A stretch of DNA of 62,897 nucleotides, filler included. It is 6 parts of 6 records of this genome, joined end to end, with 100 filler letters (N's around TTAATTAATTAA, not from the genome) between each part and the next. Parts side by side here need not be neighbours in the genome. Positions count along the whole stretch, not along the records: positions 26,953 to 41,837 come from SRR2962707_2186; positions 41,938 to 50,191 come from SRR2962707_2187; 4 more parts are not named here. The stretch is one strand, 5' to 3'. Shown here one piece after another: positions 38,380 through 47,533 of the stretch. The position numbers and the translations under genes are program-made. The notes under the pieces were generated by a model. It saw nothing but the letters and a program-made list of their open reading frames with translations, searched no databases and was not told the DNA's origin. Numbering within the stretch: position 1 is the first letter of the stretch; each line of letters starts with the position of its first letter.

Positions 38380-40265
38380 TCAAGATCGCCCAACATCGTC
38401 TCCTCGGCCTAGGCGCAGGCGAGAGCCAGGCGAGCGTGCTTTCCCGTATCGCCATGGAGGTCGGGCTGACCCCGTTCGAGTTCTGCACCGAACTCCGCAC
38501 GAATGTGCCCGCCGTTCTCGATGGTGCTCCCGACGCCCTAAACCGGCTCGCGGAAGCCTGCCAAATAGATCCAGTCGCCCTGGCCGAGAACTCACTCATC
38601 CGAACGGGAAAGCGGCTGTATCGGCACCGGGGTATCGAAGTTCGTCAGCCGAACTTCGAACGAACGGTTATGCGGGTTTGCCCAACTTGCATTCGCGAAG
38701 ACATCGCTACCGGCTCTGGCCGCATCGTCACCAGGCCATACATGCGCACCTTGTGGCATGCTTCTGCCATTGGCACCTGCTCGATACACAACGTTGAGCT
38801 GGCGCTGGGCGGCCACGAGAAGCGTTGGACGAAGGTCAATGATACGGCGACAAGAATGCGCGGCGTCCTCGAGAGGCTGGATTCTCTGCCTGTAAGGGAC
38901 CTCGCCCCGACGCCAGCGGAAAGGTATCTTCTCGGCCGCTTCGAAGGTGCGGCGGACCGCTCGTGGCTCGGTGGGCAGTCCTACCATGCCACAACCAAGC
39001 TCTTTGAATATGTTGGAACCATGGAACGTCATGGTCTTCAAGGGAGCTGGCTTAATCTTACGGCAGACCAGAGGCGTGATGCCCTCCAGGCTGGGTATGA
39101 GGTTCTTCGGAGAGGGTCGGAGCATTTCGACGAATGGCTGGGGACGTACACCTCTTCCTTCTTCAGCGGCCGGGCGGCCTGGAGCGGCCAGCTTCTCTAC
39201 GGTCGCCTTTATATTTGGCTTAGGAGCAACCTTGCAGATGCCGAACTTGATGGTGCGCGCGAGGTCGTGCGGAACCACATGCTCGATCGGCTTCCGCTTG
39301 GGCCAGAAGATAGCATCTTTGACCAGCCGGTGGAGCGTCGGAAATTCCATACTCCGAACTCACTTTCGCTGTGTAGGAACATCCCCCTCACTTCCATCAG
39401 GCGCGTTGGGGCTTTTGAGAACGTCCTGGTCGATAATCCGGACCTTTCCGACGATCGGGTCCTCATGGACGCCGACGCCGGAGAAGCGCTGGCTGACCGT
39501 ATCGTCGCCATGTACGAAACAGCGGCGGCCATGGCGCCGGTTGCGAATGACTCGCCGGGGAAAAAGCGAAAGGCGAAAACTGGCCTCTCACTCCAGGACG
39601 TGCGGCGCAGAATGCACCTGATGCGCGGCCAGGAACGGTATATCCTGAACTCGGGTTATCTCACGCCACGCCCATCACCCGTGGAGGGCCAATATTCTTT
39701 CGAGGTGACCGAGGTCGATGCCCTAATAGACAAGATAATGTCACGCGTAGTTGTCCCGACGCCTGCCGGTCTGGTCCCCATTGCCACCGCCTATCGCCGG
39801 GCTGGGTGCAGCATAGTTCAAATATTCCCCCTCTTGATGGAGGGAAAAATGACGCGCGTCGGGATGGCAGAGGGAAAGGCCGGCATCGCGGGGCTGATGG
39901 TGTGCTCAGACGAGGTGAAGCGACTGCTGCCTCGACCACCGGCGAATGGCCTTAACAAGCAACAAGTGGAAAAAGCGCTGCGTACCACGTCGAGGGTGGT
40001 CAATCGACTACTCGATCGCGGCCACCTGCCCTATTTCATTGAACGGCACGGGACACGCTCTCAAAGGATGGTGTCCCAGGCCGATCTGGAAGCATTTATG
40101 AGTAAGTACATTTCCGCTCATAACTTGTCCCGCGAATGGCACCTCGGCACATACGGGGTGAAAAAACGGCTCGCCGATACCGGTGTGCGACCGGCCCTCG
40201 CCAGAGGTGAAATCAAGGCCTCTTTCTACCTTCGCTCGGATGTTCCAGACCGACTTCCAACCTAA
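38376..40265 (+). CDS. tniQ: TniQ/TnsD-family target selector with a long C-terminal multi-HTH extension
   Basis: GESQASVLSRIA; zinc motif RVCPTCIRED...W...CSIH; 629 aa; ATGA overlap with tnsC. Confidence 0.88.
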   Translation: MIKIAQHRLLGLGAGESQASVLSRIAMEVGLTPFEFCTELRTNVPAVLDGAPDALNRLAEACQIDPVALAENSLIRTGKRLYRHRGIEVRQPNFERTVMRVCPTCIREDIATGSGRIVTRPYMRTLWHASAIGTCSIHNVELALGGHEKRWTKVNDTATRMRGVLERLDSLPVRDLAPTPAERYLLGRFEGAADRSWLGGQSYHATTKLFEYVGTMERHGLQGSWLNLTADQRRDALQAGYEVLRRGSEHFDEWLGTYTSSFFSGRAAWSGQLLYGRLYIWLRSNLADAELDGAREVVRNHMLDRLPLGPEDSIFDQPVERRKFHTPNSLSLCRNIPLTSIRRVGAFENVLVDNPDLSDDRVLMDADAGEALADRIVAMYETAAAMAPVANDSPGKKRKAKTGLSLQDVRRRMHLMRGQERYILNSGYLTPRPSPVEGQYSFEVTEVDALIDKIMSRVVVPTPAGLVPIATAYRRAGCSIVQIFPLLMEGKMTRVGMAEGKAGIAGLMVCSDEVKRLLPRPPANGLNKQQVEKALRTTSRVVNRLLDRGHLPYFIERHGTRSQRMVSQADLEAFMSKYISAHNLSREWHLGTYGVKKRLADTGVRPALARGEIKASFYLRSDVPDRLPT

Positions 40266-40286
40266 CCACCGAACTCATTGCTACTT

Positions 40287-40316
40287 GCCCCGCTGCCCCT
40301 GGCCGCGGGGCTTTTT
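40287..40316 (+). terminator. Intrinsic terminator after tniQ
   Basis: GCCCCGC...GCGGGGC stem followed by TTTTT. Confidence 0.8.
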
Positions 40317-40493
40317 CATGCGTGAAGACACCGAATCCATTGGGCTAATCTGAGCGAAACTGACGCGTCCTTTTGGCCGAAGGCAGAGCCAAACTATTTC
40401 GCTAACCCATTGAATTCCAATAACTAATATCTACTCATTGAGCCATCCATTGGTACCCTTAAGACAAACCGACAACCCGTTGGAAGGCAGACA

Positions 40494-41021
40494 GTGAGCG
40501 ATCACGTTCTTGAGGAACTGCGAGAAACCTTCGAGGCGCGCAAGCGGCTCGAAGGCGCTGTTGGTTGGGAAAGATCAGGCGACGGCCGTAGCCTGCAATT
40601 TGTAGTTCCACTTATGATAGACGGGTTAATCGCAGAAGGAGTGCGCCTGCGGGGTTTAACCAGCACGCGAAGGCCCGATAGGGATGTCTCTTTCCAACAT
40701 GAACAAATACTCGGGGGCACCACATATCACGTATCCCGATTAGATTGGCGTCCTCGCGCACCACATACCAACCGAGGGGCTGGACCAGAAGAACTTAGAT
40801 TCTCTCCAATTTCAGGGAGCCATTGGCATCCCTTCCAACTGAATGCGGAACTTGGCGTCGAGGCAGTCCTTTCTATGGGCAACTTGCCCGTAGCTCTACC
40901 AATCGATCCAGATCCACTGGATTTTAACGCACTTAAGAATACACTGCGTGAGTTGTTTCGAATCGGCAACGCGCAGGAAATAGGATTGCCGCCGTGGTCA
41001 CCGGAACTGGACTTCGAATAG
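40494..41021 (+). CDS. Hypothetical protein with an RLDW...HxN...HWH motif, partner of the DUF1828-like gene
   Basis: GTG start with GGAAGG RBS; SRLDWRPRAPHTN, GSHWHPF; overlaps the next gene. Confidence 0.75.
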   Translation: MSDHVLEELRETFEARKRLEGAVGWERSGDGRSLQFVVPLMIDGLIAEGVRLRGLTSTRRPDRDVSFQHEQILGGTTYHVSRLDWRPRAPHTNRGAGPEELRFSPISGSHWHPFQLNAELGVEAVLSMGNLPVALPIDPDPLDFNALKNTLRELFRIGNAQEIGLPPWSPELDFE

Positions 41022-41758
41022 GTGAGGATAATCTCCGCGAGGTCGCGAGCAGCGTCTCACGTGAGCTCACGACGACCATTTTTGATCGTGGCGAGGCCTA
41101 CATCCAAACACCAATGCTCTATCCAGACGGCACAAACGTGCTCGTTCGATTGAATATGACCAACGGCAATGACTACTTCGTGACCGACTGCGGCTTAGGT
41201 GCGCGAACCGCTCACTTGTCTGGCGCTGACTACTGGTTCCGCAAGTATGGTGAAATTCATGCTAGAATGGCCGGCATCCATTTCGACGCTCAAGACTTTT
41301 TCACAGTCAATGTAGCGCGTGAAAAACTTGCAATGGCCGTTGCTACGCTCGCCAATGCCTCAAAGACAACAGTGGACATTGCCCTGTTAAAAATGTCTGA
41401 GCACCGCCAGGCTGAAAACAAGAAGCTGCTTGAGAGCAAGCTTGTCTCCATATTCGGCAGCAAGCATGTCACACTTGAAGCCGAAGTCACTGGCGCGTCC
41501 AATCATCGCTGGATGATCGACGTTTTGGTGGATCACAACAATCGCAGAACAGCCTTTGATCTAGTTAAACCCGTCCCGCAATCAGTTTATCCCGCGGTGG
41601 CCAAGTTTGTTGATATTAGCGATGCCGACATTAAACTTGGTCGTGTTGCTGTTCTTGAGAGCAGGCCACCAGAAATGGACCTGGTGACGCTTCTAAGCAG
41701 ATCGGCCAAGGTAATTTTCAGATCTGACCCAGACGAAATATATCAAGCAGCGGCATAA
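40994..41758 (+). CDS. DUF1828-like N-terminal domain plus a restriction-endonuclease-like C-terminal domain
   Basis: IQTPMLYPDG...VTDCG N-terminal motif; C-terminal VTGASNHRWMIDVLV and KFVDI. Confidence 0.7.
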   Translation: MVTGTGLRIGEDNLREVASSVSRELTTTIFDRGEAYIQTPMLYPDGTNVLVRLNMTNGNDYFVTDCGLGARTAHLSGADYWFRKYGEIHARMAGIHFDAQDFFTVNVAREKLAMAVATLANASKTTVDIALLKMSEHRQAENKKLLESKLVSIFGSKHVTLEAEVTGASNHRWMIDVLVDHNNRRTAFDLVKPVPQSVYPAVAKFVDISDADIKLGRVAVLESRPPEMDLVTLLSRSAKVIFRSDPDEIYQAAA

Positions 41759-41837
41759 ACAGCTGAGCGATTTCAGGCAACGAAAACTTATCCCCGCCCC
41801 CGGCCCCTCATGCCATTCTCCCCTCACGACCGCACCA

Positions 41838-41937
41838 NNNNNNNNNNNNNNNNNNNNNNNNNNNNNNNNNNNNNNNNNNNNTTAATTAATTAANNNNNNN
41901 NNNNNNNNNNNNNNNNNNNNNNNNNNNNNNNNNNNNN
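41838..41937. other. Artificial contig spacer
   Basis: N-run with TTAATTAATTAA. Confidence 0.99.
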
Positions 41938-42354
<417 letters not shown>

Positions 42355-42366
42355 CTAGTCGTCAGT

Positions 42367-42795
42367 CTAGTCGTCTTGCCCGTCCCGCTCCGCTCCCAGG
42401 CGGCGATCCAGGCGCATCACCTGAATCCATCCGACAATCTGCGTCAGCAGAAACCCCAGAAGCAGGACCGTTACATTCCTGAACTCGCGCGAAAGCCGCA
42501 CTTCGGCGAAGGTCAGCCCGAAGAGCGCGAGCATTATCAAAACTTTTCCGGCTTCGCCCCGAATGGCGGCACCCGCCATACGATCGGGCTTGATGTTGCC
42601 CGGGTGAAGCCATACCTGGTAGCCACCCCAGGCGTATGCGATCAGGCTGATGGCCGAGCCCCAGGCTGCAAACAAGCCCGCGGTGGCATCCGCCAGCACC
42701 GTGCTCAGTATGGCGACAATCACCAAAGTGATGATTTGGGCGCGCATCAAGCCCCAGAACAGTGTTCTGCGGGCTCGTAAGTCGAAGCTGGTCAC
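42367..42795 (-). CDS. atpI: ATP synthase protein I
   Basis: Four TM segments, GEAGK motif, directly upstream of atpB. Confidence 0.85.
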   Translation of the reverse strand: MTSFDLRARRTLFWGLMRAQIITLVIVAILSTVLADATAGLFAAWGSAISLIAYAWGGYQVWLHPGNIKPDRMAGAAIRGEAGKVLIMLALFGLTFAEVRLSREFRNVTVLLLGFLLTQIVGWIQVMRLDRRLGAERDGQDD

Positions 42796-43045
42796 CGTGC
42801 TCCCGTGTTTGGCTACTGGTGAAAAATGCGATTCACCAGGCGAAGGTCGCGGGTACCCCCTGATCTTGGCGCGGGAAGTATATGGGGAAGGTTATCCGGT
42901 ATCAACCGGCTGAGCGCGATAGTTTGGCCCAATTTGATAAAAAAGAGCCCCAAAAACAGACGGTTGCTCTTTCGTATACAAATAGGCTTTATTCGTATCC
43001 ACCCAGGACCGTTAGAGCGTCCTCCTTTTTCCGAAAAACGTCAAG

Positions 43046-43969
43046 TTACTTGATGTGGGACAGAATGCCGTCGAGTTCGTCCAGATTGTTGTAGCTGATC
43101 ACCAGCTTGCCTTTTCCTCCCGAGCCCTGCTGGATTTGCACCGGCGCACCGAGACGGTCGGACAGATCGGTGATCAGAGAGCGGACATTGGGATCTTCCC
43201 TTTTCGGCGCCGGTTTGGCCGGCTTCTGTTTCTCGAATTCCCTTACCAGCACTTCGGTTTGGCGCACCGAAAGCCCTTTGGCCACCACCACGCGGGCCGC
43301 TTCCACCTGCTTGTCCCCTCCGAGCGCCAGCAGCGCCCGGGCGTGCCCCATTTCCAGGTCACCGTGCTCAAGCAGCTTCTTCACATCCGCTTCCAGCGTC
43401 ATCAGACGCAGCAGATTGGTAACCATGGCACGGGATTTCCCCACGGCATCCGCCACTTGCTGGTGGGTCAGGCCAAACTCATCCTTGAGCCGTGACAACG
43501 CCAGCGCCTCTTCCATCGGATTGAGGTTTTCACGCTGGATGTTCTCGATCAGCGACATGGCGATGGCGGCTTCATCCGGCACCTCACGGATCACCGCGGG
43601 AATGGAGTCCAGTTCCGCCATTTGCGCGGCACGCCAGCGGCGCTCACCGGCAATGATTTCGTAACGATTCTCGCTTAGTGGACGCACCACGATAGGCTGC
43701 ATCACGCCCTGAGCCCGGATCGACTCCGCCAATTCCTCGAGAGCGTCGGCGGACATGTCCTTGCGCGGCTGGTAACGGCCTCGCTGCATGAACTCCACCG
43801 GCAGATGGCGCAGCTCCCCATCCCGGGGCGGACGTTGTTCCTGAGCAGGCTCAGCCGGGCTGGCCGCGGCGCCGACGGCGACTTCTTCCTGATGTTGCTG
43901 ATAGCTCGCACTGGTGCTGAGCAGGGCATCGAGTCCTTTGCTGAGACCGCGTTTACGCTTTGCCGCCAT
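43046..43969 (-). CDS. parB: Chromosome partitioning protein ParB
   Basis: RGLSKGLDALL, YQPRK, IIAGERRWRAA, LIENIQRENL. Confidence 0.96.
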   Translation of the reverse strand: MAAKRKRGLSKGLDALLSTSASYQQHQEEVAVGAAASPAEPAQEQRPPRDGELRHLPVEFMQRGRYQPRKDMSADALEELAESIRAQGVMQPIVVRPLSENRYEIIAGERRWRAAQMAELDSIPAVIREVPDEAAIAMSLIENIQRENLNPMEEALALSRLKDEFGLTHQQVADAVGKSRAMVTNLLRLMTLEADVKKLLEHGDLEMGHARALLALGGDKQVEAARVVVAKGLSVRQTEVLVREFEKQKPAKPAPKREDPNVRSLITDLSDRLGAPVQIQQGSGGKGKLVISYNNLDELDGILSHIK

Positions 43970-44040
43970 GATTCAAACTCGCTCATGTTCGGTTGCGGTG
44001 GCGCTGCGCCACCGGAGATTATCGCCCGACGTCACTGCCT

Positions 44041-44853
44041 TCACGGCGTCTCGGGGGGCTGCTGGGAGGGTGCCGTCGATGCCACCGTCTGCTCGCGCCG
44101 CAGGATTTCACCGGCCAGCGCCAGATAGCTTACCGCACCCCGGGATTTGGGGTCATAGGTGATCACCGGCGCGCCGTGGCTGGGCGCCTCCGCCAAACGC
44201 ACATTGCGTGGAATGATGGTGCGATAGACCTTGTCACCAAAGTGACTGATCAGCTGATTGGAAACGTCGTTGGAAAGGCTGTTGCGCGGGTCATACATGG
44301 TCCGCAACAGGCCGCCTATATGCAGCTTCGGATTCAGTACCGAGCGGATCTTCTCGATGGTGTTCATCAACGAGGTCAGCCCCTCCAGCGCATAGTACTC
44401 ACACTGGATCGGCACGATAACGGAGTCCGCCGCCGCCAGGGAATTCACGGTCAGCATGTTCAGCGACGGCGGGCAGTCGATAATGATGTAGTCATAGCGG
44501 TCACGGATTCCGACCAGCGCGTCGCGCAGCCGGTACTCCTTGCTGTCCAGTTCCAGCAACTGCACTTCCGCGGCGGTCAGATCACCGTTGGCGGCCACCA
44601 GATCGAAGCCGGACTCTTCCGGCGTGATCACGATGGCCTCGGCCATATCAGCTTCGCCGAGCAGCACGTCCAATATGGTGTATTCCGGTTCGTGCTTGTC
44701 GACGCCGGCGCCACTGGTGGCGTTCCCCTGCGGGTCGATATCCACCAGCAGCACCTTCTTGCGGGTAGCCGCCAACGACGCCGCCAGATTGACGCTACTG
44801 GTGGTCTTGCCGACCCCGCCCTTTTGGTTGGCAATGGCAAAAACGGTGGTCAC
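44041..44853 (-). CDS. parA: Chromosome partitioning ATPase ParA/Soj
   Basis: NQKGGVGKTT, DIDPQGNAT, IDCPPSL, QCEYYALEG, RLAEAPS; GTG start at 44853. Confidence 0.96.
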   Translation of the reverse strand: MTTVFAIANQKGGVGKTTSSVNLAASLAATRKKVLLVDIDPQGNATSGAGVDKHEPEYTILDVLLGEADMAEAIVITPEESGFDLVAANGDLTAAEVQLLELDSKEYRLRDALVGIRDRYDYIIIDCPPSLNMLTVNSLAAADSVIVPIQCEYYALEGLTSLMNTIEKIRSVLNPKLHIGGLLRTMYDPRNSLSNDVSNQLISHFGDKVYRTIIPRNVRLAEAPSHGAPVITYDPKSRGAVSYLALAGEILRREQTVASTAPSQQPPETP

Positions 44854-44880
44854 GACGCTCCCTCTCATTGGCGACGCGCG

Positions 44881-45498
44881 TCATTGGCGACGCACGATCA
44901 ACAACACCCTTGATTCCGCCAAACCGGGCACGCTCAGGGTTTCGCGTTGCACCCGCCAGCAGGCTGGCAGGGCTGCCATCTCCTGATCGGCGGCGGCGGC
45001 TTTCATCGCCAATAACCGGACATCGCCCTGCATCAGGGGTCCGAGTAACTCCAACATGTCCGGCAAGGCGGCGAAAGCGCGGCTGATAATCTGTGATGGA
45101 GCCTTACGGTACTGTTCCACGCGGGCGTGCACAACCTCCACGTTATGCAAACCCAGCTCCCGTCGCGCCTGACGGATGAAACGGAGTTTCTTGCCATTGC
45201 TGTCCAGCAGCACGAAGGACTGGTCCGGACGGGCCAGGGCCAGAGGGATACCGGGCAGCCCGGCACCGGTGCCCACATCCAGGGTGTCCACCGGTTCCAC
45301 ATGGGGCAACACTGCCAGGGAATCGAGCAGGTGGCGAGTGACCATCTCCGCTGGATCGCGCACGGCGGTAAGATTGTAGGCACGATTCCAGCGCACCAGC
45401 AGATCCCGATAGAGCAACAGGCGCTCCTGTTGCTCCCGGTCCAGGTCGATATTCAGTTCGGCCAGCCCCCGCGCCAGCCGCTGTTGATCTTCGGTCAT
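44881..45498 (-). CDS. rsmG: 16S rRNA m7G527 methyltransferase
   Basis: [30 protein letters not shown]. Confidence 0.96.
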   Translation of the reverse strand: MTEDQQRLARGLAELNIDLDREQQERLLLYRDLLVRWNRAYNLTAVRDPAEMVTRHLLDSLAVLPHVEPVDTLDVGTGAGLPGIPLALARPDQSFVLLDSNGKKLRFIRQARRELGLHNVEVVHARVEQYRKAPSQIISRAFAALPDMLELLGPLMQGDVRLLAMKAAAADQEMAALPACWRVQRETLSVPGLAESRVLLIVRRQ

Positions 45499-47381
45499 GC
45501 CTGGCGGGCCGCCCGGTGCTGGTGCTTTTTCAGGTAGATCAACAACAGGGAAATGGCCGCCGGCGTCACGCCGGGAATACGGCCGGCCTGGCCGATGGTT
45601 TCCGGGCGGACCTCGGCGAGCTTCTGCTTGACCTCATTGGACAGCCCCTGCACCTGGCCGAAGTCGAAGTCCGCCGGCAAACGCTGATGCTCGGCGGCGC
45701 GCAGCCGGGCTATCTCCGCTTCCTGACGGTCGATGTAACCCGCGTATTTGGCGAGGATTTCCATCTGCTCCACCACCGGCGGGGCCTCCGGTTCCAGCCC
45801 CATCGCCCCGATCAGGGCGTGGTAGTCGATTTCCGGGCGCTTGAGCAGATCCAGCAGGTTGTACTCGTGGGGCAGCGGCTTATCCACCAGGGCATTGATG
45901 CTGTCCGCCGCCGCCGTTCCGGGGCGCACCCAGGTAGCGCTCAGGCGCGCTTGTTCGCGCGCCATCCCCTCACGCTTGTCGTTGTAGGCGGCCCAGCGCT
46001 CATCGTCCACCAGCCCCAGCTCGCGGCCTTTCCCGGTCAAACGCAGGTCGGCGTTATCCTCACGCAGTAACAGGCGGTATTCGGCGCGGCTGGTGAACAT
46101 ACGGTACGGCTCGCGGGTGCCCATGGTGATCAGATCGTCCACCAGTACGCCCAGGTAGGCTTCGTCCCGGCGCGGCGTCCACGGCGCTTTCTCCTGGCTC
46201 ATCAGGGCCGCGTTCAGCCCCGCCAGCAAGCCCTGGGCGCCGGCTTCTTCATACCCGGTGGTGCCGTTGATCTGGCCGGCGAAGAACAACCCCGGCATGT
46301 GCTTGGTCTCCAGGCTGTGCTTAAGATCCTGGGGATTGAAGAAATCGTACTCAATGGCGTAGCCCGGCCGGGTGATGTGGGCGTTCTCGAACCCGCGGAT
46401 GGAACGTACCGCCGCCAGCTGGATATCGAACGGCAAACTGGTGGAAATGCCGTTGGGGTACAGCTCATGGGTGTTCAGCCCTTCCGGCTCCACGAACACC
46501 TGGTGGCTGGTCTTGTCCGGATAGCGATTGACCTTGTCTTCCACGGACGGGCAATAGCGCGGCCCCACGCCTTCGATAACGCCGGCGAACATCGGGCTGC
46601 GATCAAAGCCGGAGCGAATGATCTCGTGGGTGCGCTCGTTGGTATGGGTGACATGACAACACACCTGGCGCGGATGGTCCTCCACCCTGCCCAGGTAGCT
46701 CATTACCGGCGTCGGGCTGTCACCCCACTGTTCCTCCATCACGGAGAAGTCCACGCTTCTGCCGTCAATACGCGGCGGCGTGCCGGTTTTCAGCCGGTCG
46801 ACACGGAACGGCAGCTCACGCAGCCGGCGGGCCAGAGCATTGGAGGGCTGATCTCCGGCCCGGCCGCCCTGATGGTTTTCCATCCCCACATGGATGACCC
46901 CGCCGAGAAAAGTCCCCGCGGTCAGCACCACGGCATCGGCGTGGAAACGCAATCCCATGTTGGTCACCACGCCCACACAGCGGCCTTGCTCGACGATCAG
47001 ATCATCGGCGGCCTGCTGGAACAGTGTGAGATGCGGCTGATTCTCCAGAGCATGGCGGATAGCGGCTTTATAAAGGATGCGATCGGCCTGGGCCCGAGTG
47101 GCGCGCACCGCCGGCCCCTTGCGGGCATTAAGCACCCGGAACTGGATGCCGGCCTGATCGGTGGCGCGGGCCATGGCCCCGCCCAGGGCATCGATTTCCC
47201 GCACCAGATGGCTCTTGCCGATGCCGCCAATGGCCGGATTGCAACTCATCTGACCCAGAGTCTCGATATTATGGGTGAGCAAAAGGGTTTCCACGCCCAT
47301 GCGCGCCGCCGCCAGGGCTGCTTCGGTGCCGGCGTGGCCACCGCCAATCACGATCACGCCAAATCGCTGGGGAAAATCCAT
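45495..47381 (-). CDS. mnmG: tRNA uridine-5-carboxymethylaminomethyl modification enzyme
   Basis: [53 protein letters not shown] at 47381. Confidence 0.97.
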   Translation of the reverse strand: MDFPQRFGVIVIGGGHAGTEAALAAARMGVETLLLTHNIETLGQMSCNPAIGGIGKSHLVREIDALGGAMARATDQAGIQFRVLNARKGPAVRATRAQADRILYKAAIRHALENQPHLTLFQQAADDLIVEQGRCVGVVTNMGLRFHADAVVLTAGTFLGGVIHVGMENHQGGRAGDQPSNALARRLRELPFRVDRLKTGTPPRIDGRSVDFSVMEEQWGDSPTPVMSYLGRVEDHPRQVCCHVTHTNERTHEIIRSGFDRSPMFAGVIEGVGPRYCPSVEDKVNRYPDKTSHQVFVEPEGLNTHELYPNGISTSLPFDIQLAAVRSIRGFENAHITRPGYAIEYDFFNPQDLKHSLETKHMPGLFFAGQINGTTGYEEAGAQGLLAGLNAALMSQEKAPWTPRRDEAYLGVLVDDLITMGTREPYRMFTSRAEYRLLLREDNADLRLTGKGRELGLVDDERWAAYNDKREGMAREQARLSATWVRPGTAAADSINALVDKPLPHEYNLLDLLKRPEIDYHALIGAMGLEPEAPPVVEQMEILAKYAGYIDRQEAEIARLRAAEHQRLPADFDFGQVQGLSNEVKQKLAEVRPETIGQAGRIPGVTPAAISLLLIYLKKHQHRAARQA

Positions 47382-47533
47382 GGAAATATCTCGCTCAGAG
47401 TGCTGTACCCGATCAGGGCTGTGCAAAATATGATCAGTCCGGGCGCGCTAGTATAGTGCCGTGGGAATTAAATGAAAGGCCCACCGGTCTGTTATGATGA
47501 ACCAGACCTACCATTCTCCTTTATATTCCAGGA

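Larger units (their letters stand above)
34311..40265 (+). mobile_element. Tn7-like transposition operon tnsA-tnsB-tnsC-tniQ; element ends not identified
   Basis: Four tightly spaced or overlapping genes in canonical Tn7 order with diagnostic motifs. Confidence 0.88.

Noticed and set aside
39555-39580. NLS-like PGKKRKAK in TniQ
   Set aside because: A basic linker in a bacterial DNA-binding protein; coincidental.
41800-41837. Contig ending in CCGCACCA, resembling a tRNA 3' end or att site
   Set aside because: No T-arm (GTTCRA) or cloverleaf upstream.
42796-47533. Possible oriC or parS near mnmG/parAB
   Set aside because: No cluster of TTATCCACA DnaA boxes and no parS palindrome seen. The region upstream of mnmG is only about 150 nt and leads to the divergent cvrA.
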